Assembly (NCBI GenBank): GCA_965237525.1
Contig: CBDEFO010000003.1
Span: 288,001-352,000, forward strand
DNA: 64,000 nt
Direction: 5' to 3'
DNA from: Candidatus Latescibacterota bacterium
GTDB lineage: Bacteria > Latescibacterota > CBDEFO01
Below the pieces are notes generated by a model. That model ran no database searches. It had not been told where the DNA came from and saw only the letters and a program-made list of their open reading frames with translations. Both the position numbers and the translations under genes were made by a program. This document shows, in pieces, positions 30,677 to 40,645 of the stretch (its first letter is position 1; every line of letters begins with the position of its first letter).

Positions 30677-30950
30677 CAGAGCAAGATTCTTGTGATGGCT
30701 TTTGCTATGTCAGCAGAAATTGAGCGGGACCTGATTTCTCAAAGAACCAAAGAAGCCCTGCGCGTCAAGAAAACTATGGGCATTAAAATGGGGAGGCTGA
30801 AAGAGCCGGGAAAAAGCAAACTGGATCCCTTCAAGACCGAAATCTAGGCACTTCTGCCCTATGGTTCCACCCAGAGATTCATTGCCCAGCATTACCGTAC
30901 CACAGAGGGCAACCTGTACAACTGGATGAAGAAACGAGGAATCAAAAGAT
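30677..30950 (+). pseudogene. Serine resolvase/invertase C-terminal remnant
   Basis: AEIERDLISQRTKEAL...MGR... plus an HTH tail, with an in-frame TAG at 30845. The N-terminus is removed at the IS1380 end. Confidence 0.75.
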
Positions 30951-31283
30951 CTGCGAGAGGAACAGCGAAGATGAACCTGGGAGAGAAGGCGATGCGTGGA
31001 CAGAGAAAGCGACATGCATCCAAGAACGCAGCCAGACTAGACGCAGTGTCATCATGATCCTATGAGAGTTTACGTGCCTTTGTTGTAATATACCCGACAT
31101 GAACTGACCACATGATAAACATTACCGCTACGTTTTGGAAGGTTTTATTCTTTCTAACGCCTTTAGATATTGCTCACTAACAACAAGAATCCAATCTCTA
31201 ATATCCAATACACAATATGTAGCCCTGGTTTGAGGCGAAGCTTCCCTAGACATTAAGTTGAGGTAAGTTCAAGGACCGAGACA

Positions 31284-33356
31284 ATGACACCACCGAAATA
31301 CATCATGGGCGTCGATGTGGGAGGAACATTCACCGACCTGGTTATCATAGATCAGGATTCGGGAAACGTTTCGATTACTAAAGTGCCTTCCACACCCAGA
31401 GAACTTGTGAACGCGGTTGTCACCGCAGTGGAGCGCAGTGGAGTTGAACCCGGCCAGATTGCTGCGTTTGTGCACGGCACGACGTTGGGCACCAACACCG
31501 TGATTGAACGCAAGGGCGCCGAAGTCGGCCTGATCACCACAAAAGGGTTCAAGGACATTCTGGAAATTCAGAGAGGTGATCGACAGCACCACTATGACCT
31601 GCAATGGGACAAGCCGAAACCGCTGGTGCCACGCTACCTCCGCAGGGACGTACGGGAACGCGTCGACTATCGCGGTCACGTGCTAACGCCGTTGGACGAG
31701 GAAAGTGTGCGAACGGTGGCCCAGTTCATGAAAACCGAAAGCGTGGAGGCCATCGCCATCTGCTTGCTCTTCTCCTTCATGTATCCCAACCATGAACAGC
31801 GTGTGGCAGAGATCGTGCGGGAAATCTACCCAGAAGCGCCGCTTTCCATTTCGTCCCAGGTCATGCCCGAGTTCCGCGAATACGAGCGGACTAGTACGGC
31901 GGTGGTAGATGCCTACATTAAGCCCAAGATGAGTCAATACCTGACTGAGTTAGAGGAGCGTATTGCCGCGTTGGGCGTTCAGTGTACGGTGAGCATTATG
32001 CAGTCTAACGGAGGCATCAGCACTGTGGAAGACTGCCGTGAACGCCCGGTCAATACGCTGCTGTCCGGCCCAGCCGGCGGGGTGGTGGCCGGACGTTTCT
32101 TCGGCGAGTTGGCGGGCTTCGAGAGCGTCATCACCCTGGATATGGGCGGCACGAGCTGTGATGTTAGCCTGATCTACAAGGGACGTCCCCTGCATTCGAC
32201 AGAAGGCGAGATCGAGTGGGGGGTGCCAGTGAAGGTGCCCACCCTGGATGTCCTGACCATCGGTGCAGGTGGGGGTAGCATTGCCTGGATGGATCGAGGT
32301 GGGCTGTTGAAGGTGGGTCCCCAAAGCGCCGGCGCGGATCCCGGCCCGGTGTGCTACGGGGCGGGCGGTACCGAGCCCACGGTGACCGATGCCAACGTAA
32401 CGCTTGGGCGTGTTAACCCTGAGTACTTGCTGGGCGGCGCGATGCTGTTAGATGCCGAAGCCGCGCACCGTGTAATCCAGGATAAAGTGGCTAGACCGTT
32501 AAACATGGGGCTGGAACAAGCCGCCCAGGGCATCTTGGACATCGCCAACGCCAATATGATCCACCTCTTCCGTCAGATTTCGGTAGAACGCGGCTACGAT
32601 CCTCGTGATTTTGCGCTAGTAGCCATTGGCGGTGCAGGACCGGTTCATGCTGGTGTGCTGGCGGAAGAGCTCGGTATGCCATTCATCATTGTGCCTCCTT
32701 ATCCCGGCGTCTTATCAGCGATGGGCCTGATACTGGGCGACATCCACTACGATTTGGTACAGTCGTACGTACGCCCGGCCAGCCTCATCGAGGTAGACAT
32801 CGTGCGGGATATGTTTGCTCGCATGGAAGGACAGGGCCGGCACTATTTGATCCGCGCGGGATATCAAGGTGAGGTGCGGATTCAGCATGCGGTGGATATG
32901 CGGTATGCGCGACAGAACTATGAGATTCAAGTTGCCGTCAAGCCAGACTTTTTCGCGGATGGTGACTTGAGCCATTTGGTCCACGCCTTCGAAGAGGAGT
33001 ACTCGAAGCTCTACGGCTACTACGTCGCCGATGAGCCGTTCGAAATCGTCAGCTTGCGAGTCTCAGTCATTGGGCAACTCCCCAAGCCCACGGCCCAAGC
33101 CCCGCCGGATGGACATCGCACTGTTGCCAAAGCCGTTAAGGCCGAGCGTCCGGTCTACTTCAGAGAGGCAGGTGGAAAGGTAGTCGTCCCGATCCTGGAT
33201 CGCGAACGGTTGCCGGTGGGGGTTGCTCTCCCCGCGCCATGTGTGATCGAAGAGATAGAATCAACTGTTGTGATTCACTCAGGTCAGGAAGCGTCTGTGG
33301 ACCGGTACGGCAACATCCTGATTCGTACGCGGGCCGGCAAGACGCGGGAGGGATAA
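31284..33356 (+). CDS. Hydantoinase A / oxoprolinase-family subunit (ATP-binding)
   Basis: GVDVGGTFTD, HGTT, REYERTST, SGPAGG, DMGGTSCD, GAGGGSIA and SAGADPGP motifs. Confidence 0.93.
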   Translation: MTPPKYIMGVDVGGTFTDLVIIDQDSGNVSITKVPSTPRELVNAVVTAVERSGVEPGQIAAFVHGTTLGTNTVIERKGAEVGLITTKGFKDILEIQRGDRQHHYDLQWDKPKPLVPRYLRRDVRERVDYRGHVLTPLDEESVRTVAQFMKTESVEAIAICLLFSFMYPNHEQRVAEIVREIYPEAPLSISSQVMPEFREYERTSTAVVDAYIKPKMSQYLTELEERIAALGVQCTVSIMQSNGGISTVEDCRERPVNTLLSGPAGGVVAGRFFGELAGFESVITLDMGGTSCDVSLIYKGRPLHSTEGEIEWGVPVKVPTLDVLTIGAGGGSIAWMDRGGLLKVGPQSAGADPGPVCYGAGGTEPTVTDANVTLGRVNPEYLLGGAMLLDAEAAHRVIQDKVARPLNMGLEQAAQGILDIANANMIHLFRQISVERGYDPRDFALVAIGGAGPVHAGVLAEELGMPFIIVPPYPGVLSAMGLILGDIHYDLVQSYVRPASLIEVDIVRDMFARMEGQGRHYLIRAGYQGEVRIQHAVDMRYARQNYEIQVAVKPDFFADGDLSHLVHAFEEEYSKLYGYYVADEPFEIVSLRVSVIGQLPKPTAQAPPDGHRTVAKAVKAERPVYFREAGGKVVVPILDRERLPVGVALPAPCVIEEIESTVVIHSGQEASVDRYGNILIRTRAGKTREG

Positions 33357-33361
33357 CGAAG

Positions 33362-35137
33362 ATGATTCAAGCCACCACCGAGCGATTGGATCCGATCACG
33401 TTAGAAGTCATTAGCAGTAGCTTTGTTGCCATTTGCAACGAGATGGGGACCGCCATGATCAAGACGGCCTACTCCCCGATCTTCAGCGAAGGTCGTGATT
33501 TCTCCATCGCCATGTTCGACCCGAGCTGTGAAATGGTAGCCCAGGGGGTGGGCTGCCCGGCCCAGCTCGGGGCGCTCCAGTTCACCATGGAGTGGTGTGT
33601 CAAGGATATCGGCATTGACAACCTCTATCCGGACGACGTCCTGTTGCACAATGACGTCTATCGTGGTGGCACCCACTTGCCTGAGTTCACCATGATCAAA
33701 CCTATCTTTGTGGACGATGAACTCTGGTCCCTAACCTCCATCATCGCGCATCATGTGGATATCGGTGGGAAATCCCCAGGCGGCTTCCCCGGCGACGCGA
33801 CGGATGTCTTTATGGAAGGCTTCCGCCTGCCGCCTGTCAAACTCTTCAATCGAGGCGAACCCGATCTCAACGTCTGGCGTATCTACCTGTCTAACACACG
33901 CACCCCACGCAATTCGTACGGTGATATGAACGCCATGTATGCCTCGATGCTCCTCGGCGAGAGACGTCTGTTAGAGCTTTTAGACCGGTACGGCTTAGGG
34001 ACAGTGCATGCGGTCATGGAGGCTATCAAAGATTACTCGGAACTCCGCATGCGTGAGGAAATTCGCGCCATTCCCGACGGCCTCTATGAGTACGAGGAAT
34101 ACATGGATGACGATGGTGTGTCTGAAGATGGACCGTACACCATTAAAGTCAGTGTTCTAGTCGATGGAGACACGCTGGTGGCTGACTACAGTGGCTCATC
34201 GCCCCAGGTCAAGGGTCCTATCAACTGTCCCTTCGGCGTCACAGCTTCAGCCACATACAACGCTATCCTGGAGTTGACGGATCCCACGATTACGACAAAT
34301 GGGGGCTGTTTCCGGCCTATCAAAATCATTGCGCCGGCCCGCAGCATCACCAATGTGGAATACCCAGGTGCTCAGTATGGCGGCAATACCGAAACCCACA
34401 ACCGGGTACTGGACGCTGTTATGGGAGCCCTTGCCCAGGCGATCCCTGAACGGGTTACGGGGACCGAAGGGGGCACGTGCGTCAATGTCACATATGGGGG
34501 CATTCATCCTGAGACGGGAGAACAGTATGCCAACTACCAGTGGGAGGGCGTCGGTTGGGGAGCACGTGCGACCAAAGATGGTAATTCCGTCTTCGTGCCT
34601 CCGGTCGGCAACTCCCGTTTACAGGGCGTTGAAGTTAATGAGACCCGCTTCCCCTGGGTGGTAGAGGAATACTCACTGGCCCGGGGTTCCGGTGGGACTG
34701 GGCGCTGGCGAGGTGGTCTGGGGACCGTGCGCATCATGCGCTGTGCCGCCTCGGAGATCGAAGTTAATGGGCTGGCTGACCGCCATCTCATCGCTCCCTG
34801 TGGACGCTTCGGAGGTGGGCCGGGAGGCACCAGTGCCTACCTGGTCCAACGCAAAGGTTCGACAGAATGGAAAACATTCCCTGAGGAGTTTGGCAGCAAG
34901 TCCGAGTCCAAGTTCGCCAATTGCGTGCTGTACGAAGGGGACCGGATCATGATTGTCTCACCGGGTGGGGGTGGCTATGGCAACCCCACAGAGCGAGACC
35001 GAAGCTTGATCCTCGATGACCTGAAGCAACGCTATATCTCCTCCCATACCGCAATCGAGGTATATGGGTTAACGCCAGAAGAGGCAGCAGACGTCTTAAG
35101 GGTCAATTCGAAAAGTGATCATAGGGAGGGTATGTAG
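33362..35137 (+). CDS. Hydantoinase B / oxoprolinase-family subunit
   Basis: DPITLEV, TAYSPI, NDVYRGGTHLP, HHVDIGG, GRWRGG and PGGGGYG motifs. Confidence 0.93.
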   Translation: MIQATTERLDPITLEVISSSFVAICNEMGTAMIKTAYSPIFSEGRDFSIAMFDPSCEMVAQGVGCPAQLGALQFTMEWCVKDIGIDNLYPDDVLLHNDVYRGGTHLPEFTMIKPIFVDDELWSLTSIIAHHVDIGGKSPGGFPGDATDVFMEGFRLPPVKLFNRGEPDLNVWRIYLSNTRTPRNSYGDMNAMYASMLLGERRLLELLDRYGLGTVHAVMEAIKDYSELRMREEIRAIPDGLYEYEEYMDDDGVSEDGPYTIKVSVLVDGDTLVADYSGSSPQVKGPINCPFGVTASATYNAILELTDPTITTNGGCFRPIKIIAPARSITNVEYPGAQYGGNTETHNRVLDAVMGALAQAIPERVTGTEGGTCVNVTYGGIHPETGEQYANYQWEGVGWGARATKDGNSVFVPPVGNSRLQGVEVNETRFPWVVEEYSLARGSGGTGRWRGGLGTVRIMRCAASEIEVNGLADRHLIAPCGRFGGGPGGTSAYLVQRKGSTEWKTFPEEFGSKSESKFANCVLYEGDRIMIVSPGGGGYGNPTERDRSLILDDLKQRYISSHTAIEVYGLTPEEAADVLRVNSKSDHREGM

Positions 35138-35341
35138 TTGAAGGTCTATACCGCTATGGAAGAGTACGGCAACCTGGTCTACGAATATCGTCGCTGTTGG
35201 TTTTGTGGCAAGATGATCGTAGACCAACCCACGTTGGTGTTGGTAGACGGGACCGAGCGGGAATTCTGTGACACCAGTTGCTCTGAGTTCTACACCTGGT
35301 ATCAAGAAAAGCGCGCTAAGTATGGTGCTGCCAAAATCTAA
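35138..35341 (+). CDS. Small Cys-rich (TRASH/YHS-like zinc-binding) protein
   Basis: CWFCGKMI...REFCDTSC. TTG start directly follows the upstream stop, with a GGGAGG RBS. Confidence 0.65.
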   Translation: MKVYTAMEEYGNLVYEYRRCWFCGKMIVDQPTLVLVDGTEREFCDTSCSEFYTWYQEKRAKYGAAKI

Positions 35342-35408
35342 CGTGAAATGTGGAACGTGAAACGTGATGCGAGTACATCAAAGGGATCTTCACGCATCAC
35401 GTTTCACG
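35342..35408. repeat. Hairpin built of CGTGAAA heptamers
   Basis: CGTGAAACGTGATGCG...CGCATCACGTTTCACG 16-bp inverted repeat in the intergenic spacer. Confidence 0.7.
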
Positions 35409-35425
35409 AAGACAGGAGTCTTCCC

Positions 35426-36184
35426 ATGCGATTAGAGGGGAAAACGGCACTCATCACCGGGGCCGGCCGTGGTATGGGCCGCAGCGCGGCTTTGCTCTTT
35501 GCACAGGAAGGTACTCGCGTGGTGGTCTGTGACTGCGAGCCAGACTGGGCCGAGGAGACAGTTGCCATGATTCGGGCTGAGGGAGGTGAAGCTGTGGCGG
35601 CTGTCGCCGATGTGTCCAAAGCGGCCGAGGTACAGGCGGCTGTGTCTTTGGCGGTGCAGGCGTTTGGCGGGTTGAACATCCTCTACAACAATGCCGGCGT
35701 GTGGCTGGAACAAGACGGGCCGGCGCCGGATCTCCCGGAGGATGTTTGGGATCGGATCATCAGCATCAACTTGAAAGGCACCTTCCTGGGCTGCAAGTAT
35801 GCTATTCCCCACATGGTTGAAGCCGGCGGAGGCTCCATCATCAATGTCACGTCCATCGCAGCATTACGCGCGGGCAAAGATATTTACGATGCATATGCCA
35901 CCAGCAAAGGCGGCATTATCTCGTTGACCTACACGATGGCCGGCACGTGGGGCCCCAAGAGAATTCGCGTCAACGCCATCTGTCCCGGCGCCATCGACAC
36001 GCCGATGACGGCCAGCTCGTACGAGGACGCGTGGGTGCGTGACTTCTGGCAGACTCGCACAGCATTGGGGCGCGTGGGACAGCCCCAGGAGGTAGCCCAG
36101 ACTGCGCTGTGGCTGGCCTCTGACGAGTCATCGTACGTGACGGGAGCGGTGATTCTCGTGGATGGCGGATATATGACCAAATAG
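35426..36184 (+). CDS. Short-chain dehydrogenase/reductase
   Basis: TGAGRGMG, NNAG, YATSK and NAICPG motifs. Confidence 0.93.
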   Translation: MRLEGKTALITGAGRGMGRSAALLFAQEGTRVVVCDCEPDWAEETVAMIRAEGGEAVAAVADVSKAAEVQAAVSLAVQAFGGLNILYNNAGVWLEQDGPAPDLPEDVWDRIISINLKGTFLGCKYAIPHMVEAGGGSIINVTSIAALRAGKDIYDAYATSKGGIISLTYTMAGTWGPKRIRVNAICPGAIDTPMTASSYEDAWVRDFWQTRTALGRVGQPQEVAQTALWLASDESSYVTGAVILVDGGYMTK

Positions 36185-36208
36185 AATAAGCTGTGGAGGT
36201 CACAACCG

Positions 36209-36973
36209 ATGCGTCTGAAGGACAAGGTTGCTATCGTAACCGGCGGCGGCGTAGGTATTGGCAAGGGCATTGCTGAGCGTTTGGCAGAGGAAGGTGGCAA
36301 GGTCGTCATTGCACAGCGGCGCGAGGACAAAGCCCGAGAAACTGCAGACGAGATCGTTGCCAAAGGTGGACAAGCTTTGGGTTTGCAGACCGACGTGACA
36401 CAGCGGGAGCGGGTGCAGGAGCTCGTTGAAACCACCATTGCATGGGGCGGTGGGCTGGACATCCTGGTCAACAATGCCGGCGTCTCGGGGATGGCCAAGT
36501 TCAGTTCTTTCATGGAGATGAGCGAGGAGCTGTGGGACAGGGTGATGTCCGTCAATCTGAAGGGAGTCTTCCTCTGCTCCCAGGCAGCCGCTCGTCATAT
36601 GATCGAGCAGGGAAGCGGCAAGATCATTAACATCTCGTCCGTGGATGGGCTAATTGGTGAGGAATTTGCTGCCGCTTATTGTGCTTCCAAGGCCGGGGTG
36701 ATCGGCTTGACAAAAGTCATGGCGCTGGAACTGGCACGCCATGGGATCAACGTCAATTGTATCTCTCCTGGCTTCATTTGGACCGAAACGGTGCAGCCCA
36801 TCATCGATTTGATGAAGAGCCCCGAGTCCCCTTATACTTATGTGCGTCAGACCCCATTCGGTCCCGGCCAGCCCCGCGACGTGGGTGATGCCGTTGTGTT
36901 TCTGGCCTCGGATGAGAGTCAGTTCTTTACTGGCTCAACCATTGTGCTGGACGGTGGTTATCTTACTTACTAA
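36209..36973 (+). CDS. Short-chain dehydrogenase/reductase
   Basis: TGGGVGIG, NNAG and YCASK motifs. Confidence 0.93.
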   Translation: MRLKDKVAIVTGGGVGIGKGIAERLAEEGGKVVIAQRREDKARETADEIVAKGGQALGLQTDVTQRERVQELVETTIAWGGGLDILVNNAGVSGMAKFSSFMEMSEELWDRVMSVNLKGVFLCSQAAARHMIEQGSGKIINISSVDGLIGEEFAAAYCASKAGVIGLTKVMALELARHGINVNCISPGFIWTETVQPIIDLMKSPESPYTYVRQTPFGPGQPRDVGDAVVFLASDESQFFTGSTIVLDGGYLTY

Positions 36974-37105
36974 GGGATGTGGAAGAAATAAAATGTTCCA
37001 TTTCGTTCGGCCTGGATTGCCAAATCCAGCGGGAACCAGATGGGATGATCATTATCTTTCCGAACTTGGTCCAGTTCAAACATTCGTGTCACCAAGGGCA
37101 AAGTA

Positions 37106-37143
37106 GGGGTGCCGACGACATTCGTGTAAAAAGATACTCTAAG
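37106..37143. mobile_element. Tn3-family 38-bp terminal inverted repeat
   Basis: GGGGTGCCGACGACATTCGTGTAAAAAGATACTCTAAG is exactly 38 bp (GGGG...TAAG) and lies just beyond the transposase stop. Confidence 0.8.
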
Positions 37144-37151
37144 GATCGAAG

Positions 37152-37700
37152 TTAGCGGATCAGATTTCGGTTGATGATGTATTGTCCGTAGAGGATGATG
37201 TTGTTCCACTCGATGGGACTGATGTGCCCCAGGAAAGAGATATCCTCTTTTCCGGGTTACAGGAGCTTATGACTCTGGAGATCTCTTTGGCTTGCCAGTA
37301 GATAATGCAAGCGAGGATGAGGGTGGGACAGCTGCAGGTGTTGATCTGTTCGTGCAGTTCGCGGGCGTTGATCCGTCCTCTTCTACCGTAGTAGACGTCT
37401 CGGGCCAAGGCGTGGAGTTGCTCGACTTTGAGGAGACCTCGTCGGATACGCGCTCGCAGGTGAGGCTCGGACATATAGTTGAGGATGAACTCCGTTTTGA
37501 AGATGCGTCGGAGATCACGATTGGCTCGATAGAATCGGTTTTTGGTACTGTAAGCCGCCAATCGTTTCAGGGCAACCGAGGCGGTAGTATGTCCTCTTTC
37601 CAAACGATGAGGCGGGTGTCGATAGTGCTGATCCGCTCGGTTCACGAGATGCGTCAACACCCCGTAATCTCGATGTGGATCGATCCGGTAGATCCGCTCT
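37152..37700 (-). pseudogene. Tn3-family transposase C-terminal remnant (frameshifted)
   Basis: KTEFILNY...LRARIRRGLLKVEQLHALARDVYYG...IIYWQ, and HISPIEWNNIILYGQY in another frame. Confidence 0.8.
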
Positions 37701-37710
37701 AATAGCAACC

Positions 37711-38626
37711 ATGAATGACGAAATCCCGGCTGGATTCACATTGCGGCATAAACTCCCGCTTCAAGGGCAGGAAGGACACAAAGACGCAATCACCCAGATT
37801 GCTTGGTCACCAGACCCACACAGACAGAGGCGCGCTTCAGGCTCCTACGATAGGACCATCCGGATCTGGAATGCTGGGATGGAACAGCAGCCGAAAGTCC
37901 TACAAGGCCACACACAATGGGTCACTTGCGTCTCTTTTTCCTCAGACAGTCGCTTCCTTGTCTCCAAGTCCTCCGATAACACAGTTCGGCTCTGGCGCTG
38001 TGATATCTGGGAGACAGTAGAAGTCCTCGATGAGGCAACTTTATTTTACTGGTTTCGCAGTCTTGCCTTCCATCCTCATCCGAAGGCCCTGCTGTCCTTG
38101 CTACGCTCGGTGTGGAGAACGGGGAGGAGGACAGGATTATCCGTATCTGGGATCTGGACATCGCTGGCCGGCTGGGTATAGACCACGCTCCTGACACTCA
38201 GGAGGAAGAAGTCACCGAACTGTTCAAAGAGCAGAAAAGAGGACTATAAGAGATTTGATTATAAATGTTATGACAAGGTCCATATCCCTGGTACTATCCC
38301 GATGTATCGAAGCGACCTCATAGTGGTTAATGGAAATGAGGTACAGATCGGAGATTTGCTTTTTGTCCTATTCTTGCGGCGTGTGGTGGAGTTAAAGAAG
38401 AAAGAAGGCGGGTGCGTCAATATATACACGCTGGAGTCAGAAGGGGTAATTACTGATGCCTTGAACTATCAGATTTACAGCGATCTCAGGACTCCATTGA
38501 AGGGGAGCTTATTGGACAAGAACGGTAAGAAAGTTATCCAGAACGACGGTTCAAAGAACTAGCGCATTTCTACCCATCCCGACTTTATCACCTATAACAA
38601 GGAAAAACTTCTTGGTCACCCTGATT
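37711..38626 (+). pseudogene. Degraded WD40-repeat gene and downstream fragment
   Basis: GHKDAITQIAWSPD, SGSYDRTIRIW and GHTQWVTCVSFS WD40 repeats, then frameshifts and in-frame stops (KN*RISTHPD). Confidence 0.65.
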
Positions 38627-38660
38627 AAGGGGTCAGGAAAAACGCTGAGAAACTACCTTG

Positions 38661-38907
38661 CCCGAATAATTCACAAAAAAAGGCCGTGTATTAATTAAGG
38701 GATTGTATTATATTATGTTATGCCGTTTAACTACCTTCGGTGTCATTGCGATCCGAAGGCGAAGCAATCTCGATTCGGTGGTAGATGTAATACTCTCCGC
38801 TCTCATAGGAGACCACTATAAAACCTTGAGGTTGCTTCCCCGATAGACTCAATCGGGGACCGCTTTGCTCCTCGCAATGACTCCACCAAGTTTATGAATT
38901 AATCGGG
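38661..38907 (-). mobile_element. MITE, copy 1 (inverted relative to 63403-63632), containing an RPE-like palindrome and a micro-hairpin insertion
   Basis: TIRs CCCGAATAATTCACAAA / TTTATGAATTAATCGGG; colinear with the 63.4-kb copy. Confidence 0.85.
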
Positions 38908-38923
38908 GGAAAGCATGTAAACG

Positions 38924-39922
38924 TCATTTTATCTCAACCTTCTTTCCGCTCAGAGCAGACTCCACAAGAGCGTCCAGCACTTTCATTTCAAGGTAACCGT
39001 CCTCTCCGCCTGGGTCAGGCTCCTTATCGGACTGAATACACCCTGTAAAATAGTCGATTTCGTTTTTGAACGGATCGCTCTCCTCGAAGCTCTCTTCCCT
39101 GACAGTGTCATCTGTTATGACGTCTATCTTATTCGGTTCGCTACGGCGCCACGGACCGGTGGGAGAACATATCATCCCCTTTTCAGCTACTATCTCGTAT
39201 CGGTTCTGCCTGCTCATTCCGAAGCTGGAGACGAAGGCAGCTATCTCACCTTCATCGAAGTGGAGTATGCCGCAAAATGTCTCATCTACGTCTGCTTTGA
39301 GCGTAGGAGTAACCGATAGGCCCACCACTTCGACCGGTTCCTTCCCCATAAAACGTCGAAAGGTGTTGACACAATAGACCCCGGCGTCCATAAGCGATCC
39401 CCCTCCCATCTTTCTTTGCAGGCGGAAGTCGTCGTGTCTTGGAAGATTAGAGGTAAAGGTAGCGTTCATATATTTTATCTTTCCTATCTCTCCCAAACGT
39501 ACTATCTGAAGCGCCCGCTGATTCATGGGGTCCAACTGCCACATAAAGCCGCTCATAAGTTTGACACTATTTTTTCGGCAGGCTTCCTTCATTTCGAGGG
39601 CTTCCTTTTGGTTCATAGCAAACGGCTTTTCGCAAAGGACGTGTATTCCCCTTTGTACAGCCTTGAGGGTGTATTCTTTGTGCATATTGTTGGGCAATGG
39701 AATATAGAGGGCATCTATGACACCAGAGTCCAAAAGCTCCTCGTAGCTTCCGTAGAACCTCTCCGCCCCGAATTTCTCGCCCTCAGCTTCGGCCTTGGAT
39801 CTGTCACGGCTGGCGATGGCGGCTAGGCTACCTGTTTCGGACCTTGTTAATGCCGGAAGAAAAGAATTCAGAGCGATGCGGGCGCATCCCAACACACCCC
39901 ACCTGATTTTATCTTTCGCCAT
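38924..39922 (-). CDS. Gfo/Idh/MocA oxidoreductase
   Basis: IRWGVLGCARIA, YIPLPN, HVLCEKP and GGGSLMDAGVY motifs. Confidence 0.92.
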   Translation of the reverse strand: MAKDKIRWGVLGCARIALNSFLPALTRSETGSLAAIASRDRSKAEAEGEKFGAERFYGSYEELLDSGVIDALYIPLPNNMHKEYTLKAVQRGIHVLCEKPFAMNQKEALEMKEACRKNSVKLMSGFMWQLDPMNQRALQIVRLGEIGKIKYMNATFTSNLPRHDDFRLQRKMGGGSLMDAGVYCVNTFRRFMGKEPVEVVGLSVTPTLKADVDETFCGILHFDEGEIAAFVSSFGMSRQNRYEIVAEKGMICSPTGPWRRSEPNKIDVITDDTVREESFEESDPFKNEIDYFTGCIQSDKEPDPGGEDGYLEMKVLDALVESALSGKKVEIK

Positions 39923-39980
39923 ATCGAGTCCTCCTGTTCGAAATTCCACAATGAGCAGCAATAGTTAGGAGAAGCTTTAT

Positions 39981-40172
39981 CCGAGATTCCCCATAACACA
40001 TTTTATGAGGGATTATATTTCGATACAATCTTGTTTGAGAATGAATATTACCACTTTTACATTTTTAAGCAAGTACTTTTTTCAATCAAAATAGCATTTT
40101 CCTCTGAATCATCACTTTCTTTGTGTTTAAATCCTCCAATTAGAGACACCTCTCCATCTACTCACAAAAAAT
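39981..40172 (-). mobile_element. Solo IS1380-type right end (copy 2)
   Basis: Reverse-complement match to 28960-29129 + 30653-30674. Confidence 0.8.
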
Positions 40173-40573
40173 AGTCTTATTTATTGTCATATCAAATGTT
40201 CTGGCAACTTCAACAACCATTCTTCGGGTCTAATATGGGCGATGGGGAGAATAACTGACTGGATTTCTTCTGCGACAAGGAGAAATTCTTCGGACACGAA
40301 AAACTACACATTATGAAGTGCCAGAGAGTCTGACGTAATGAAAGGAAAAGCGTTAGGCGGGGATTTGTACTGGGATAGTCTCAGGAAGAAGACAGATTGT
40401 GGTGTGACCTTTGGCTACTCGTTTCATTTCTAATTTCGACTCATCCCACAAAAGTACGCTTTGGGATACCTGGCGGGACGTGGCAAATTAAATTCCGAAA
40501 GCGAGGAAGGTGGTCTTGCTGAGATAAGCTCCTCATTCTAATTTCACAAGTGCTCACAGAGTACCGAACACAT

Positions 40574-40599
40574 AGCCCGTCAGGAATGGCGGGCTTTTT
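40574..40599 (+). terminator. Intrinsic terminator-like hairpin
   Basis: AGCCCGTCA-GGAA-TGGCGGGCT followed by a T-run. Confidence 0.65.
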
Positions 40600-40616
40600 C
40601 TATGGTAATTTCTTTA

Positions 40617-40645
40617 TTGACATTTATCGATATATCGAGTATCTT
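40617..40645 (+). promoter_or_regulatory. Sigma70 promoter TTGACA-N17-TATCTT with palindrome TCGATATATCGA in the spacer
   Basis: Consensus spacing and a perfect 12-bp palindrome at 40627-40638; upstream of the barrel-cargo operon. Confidence 0.65.

Noticed and set aside
40175..40556. Possible IS1182-like end (ATTTCACAAG) and remnant
   Set aside because: It is only a ~10-bp resemblance, with no partner repeat or transposase motif.
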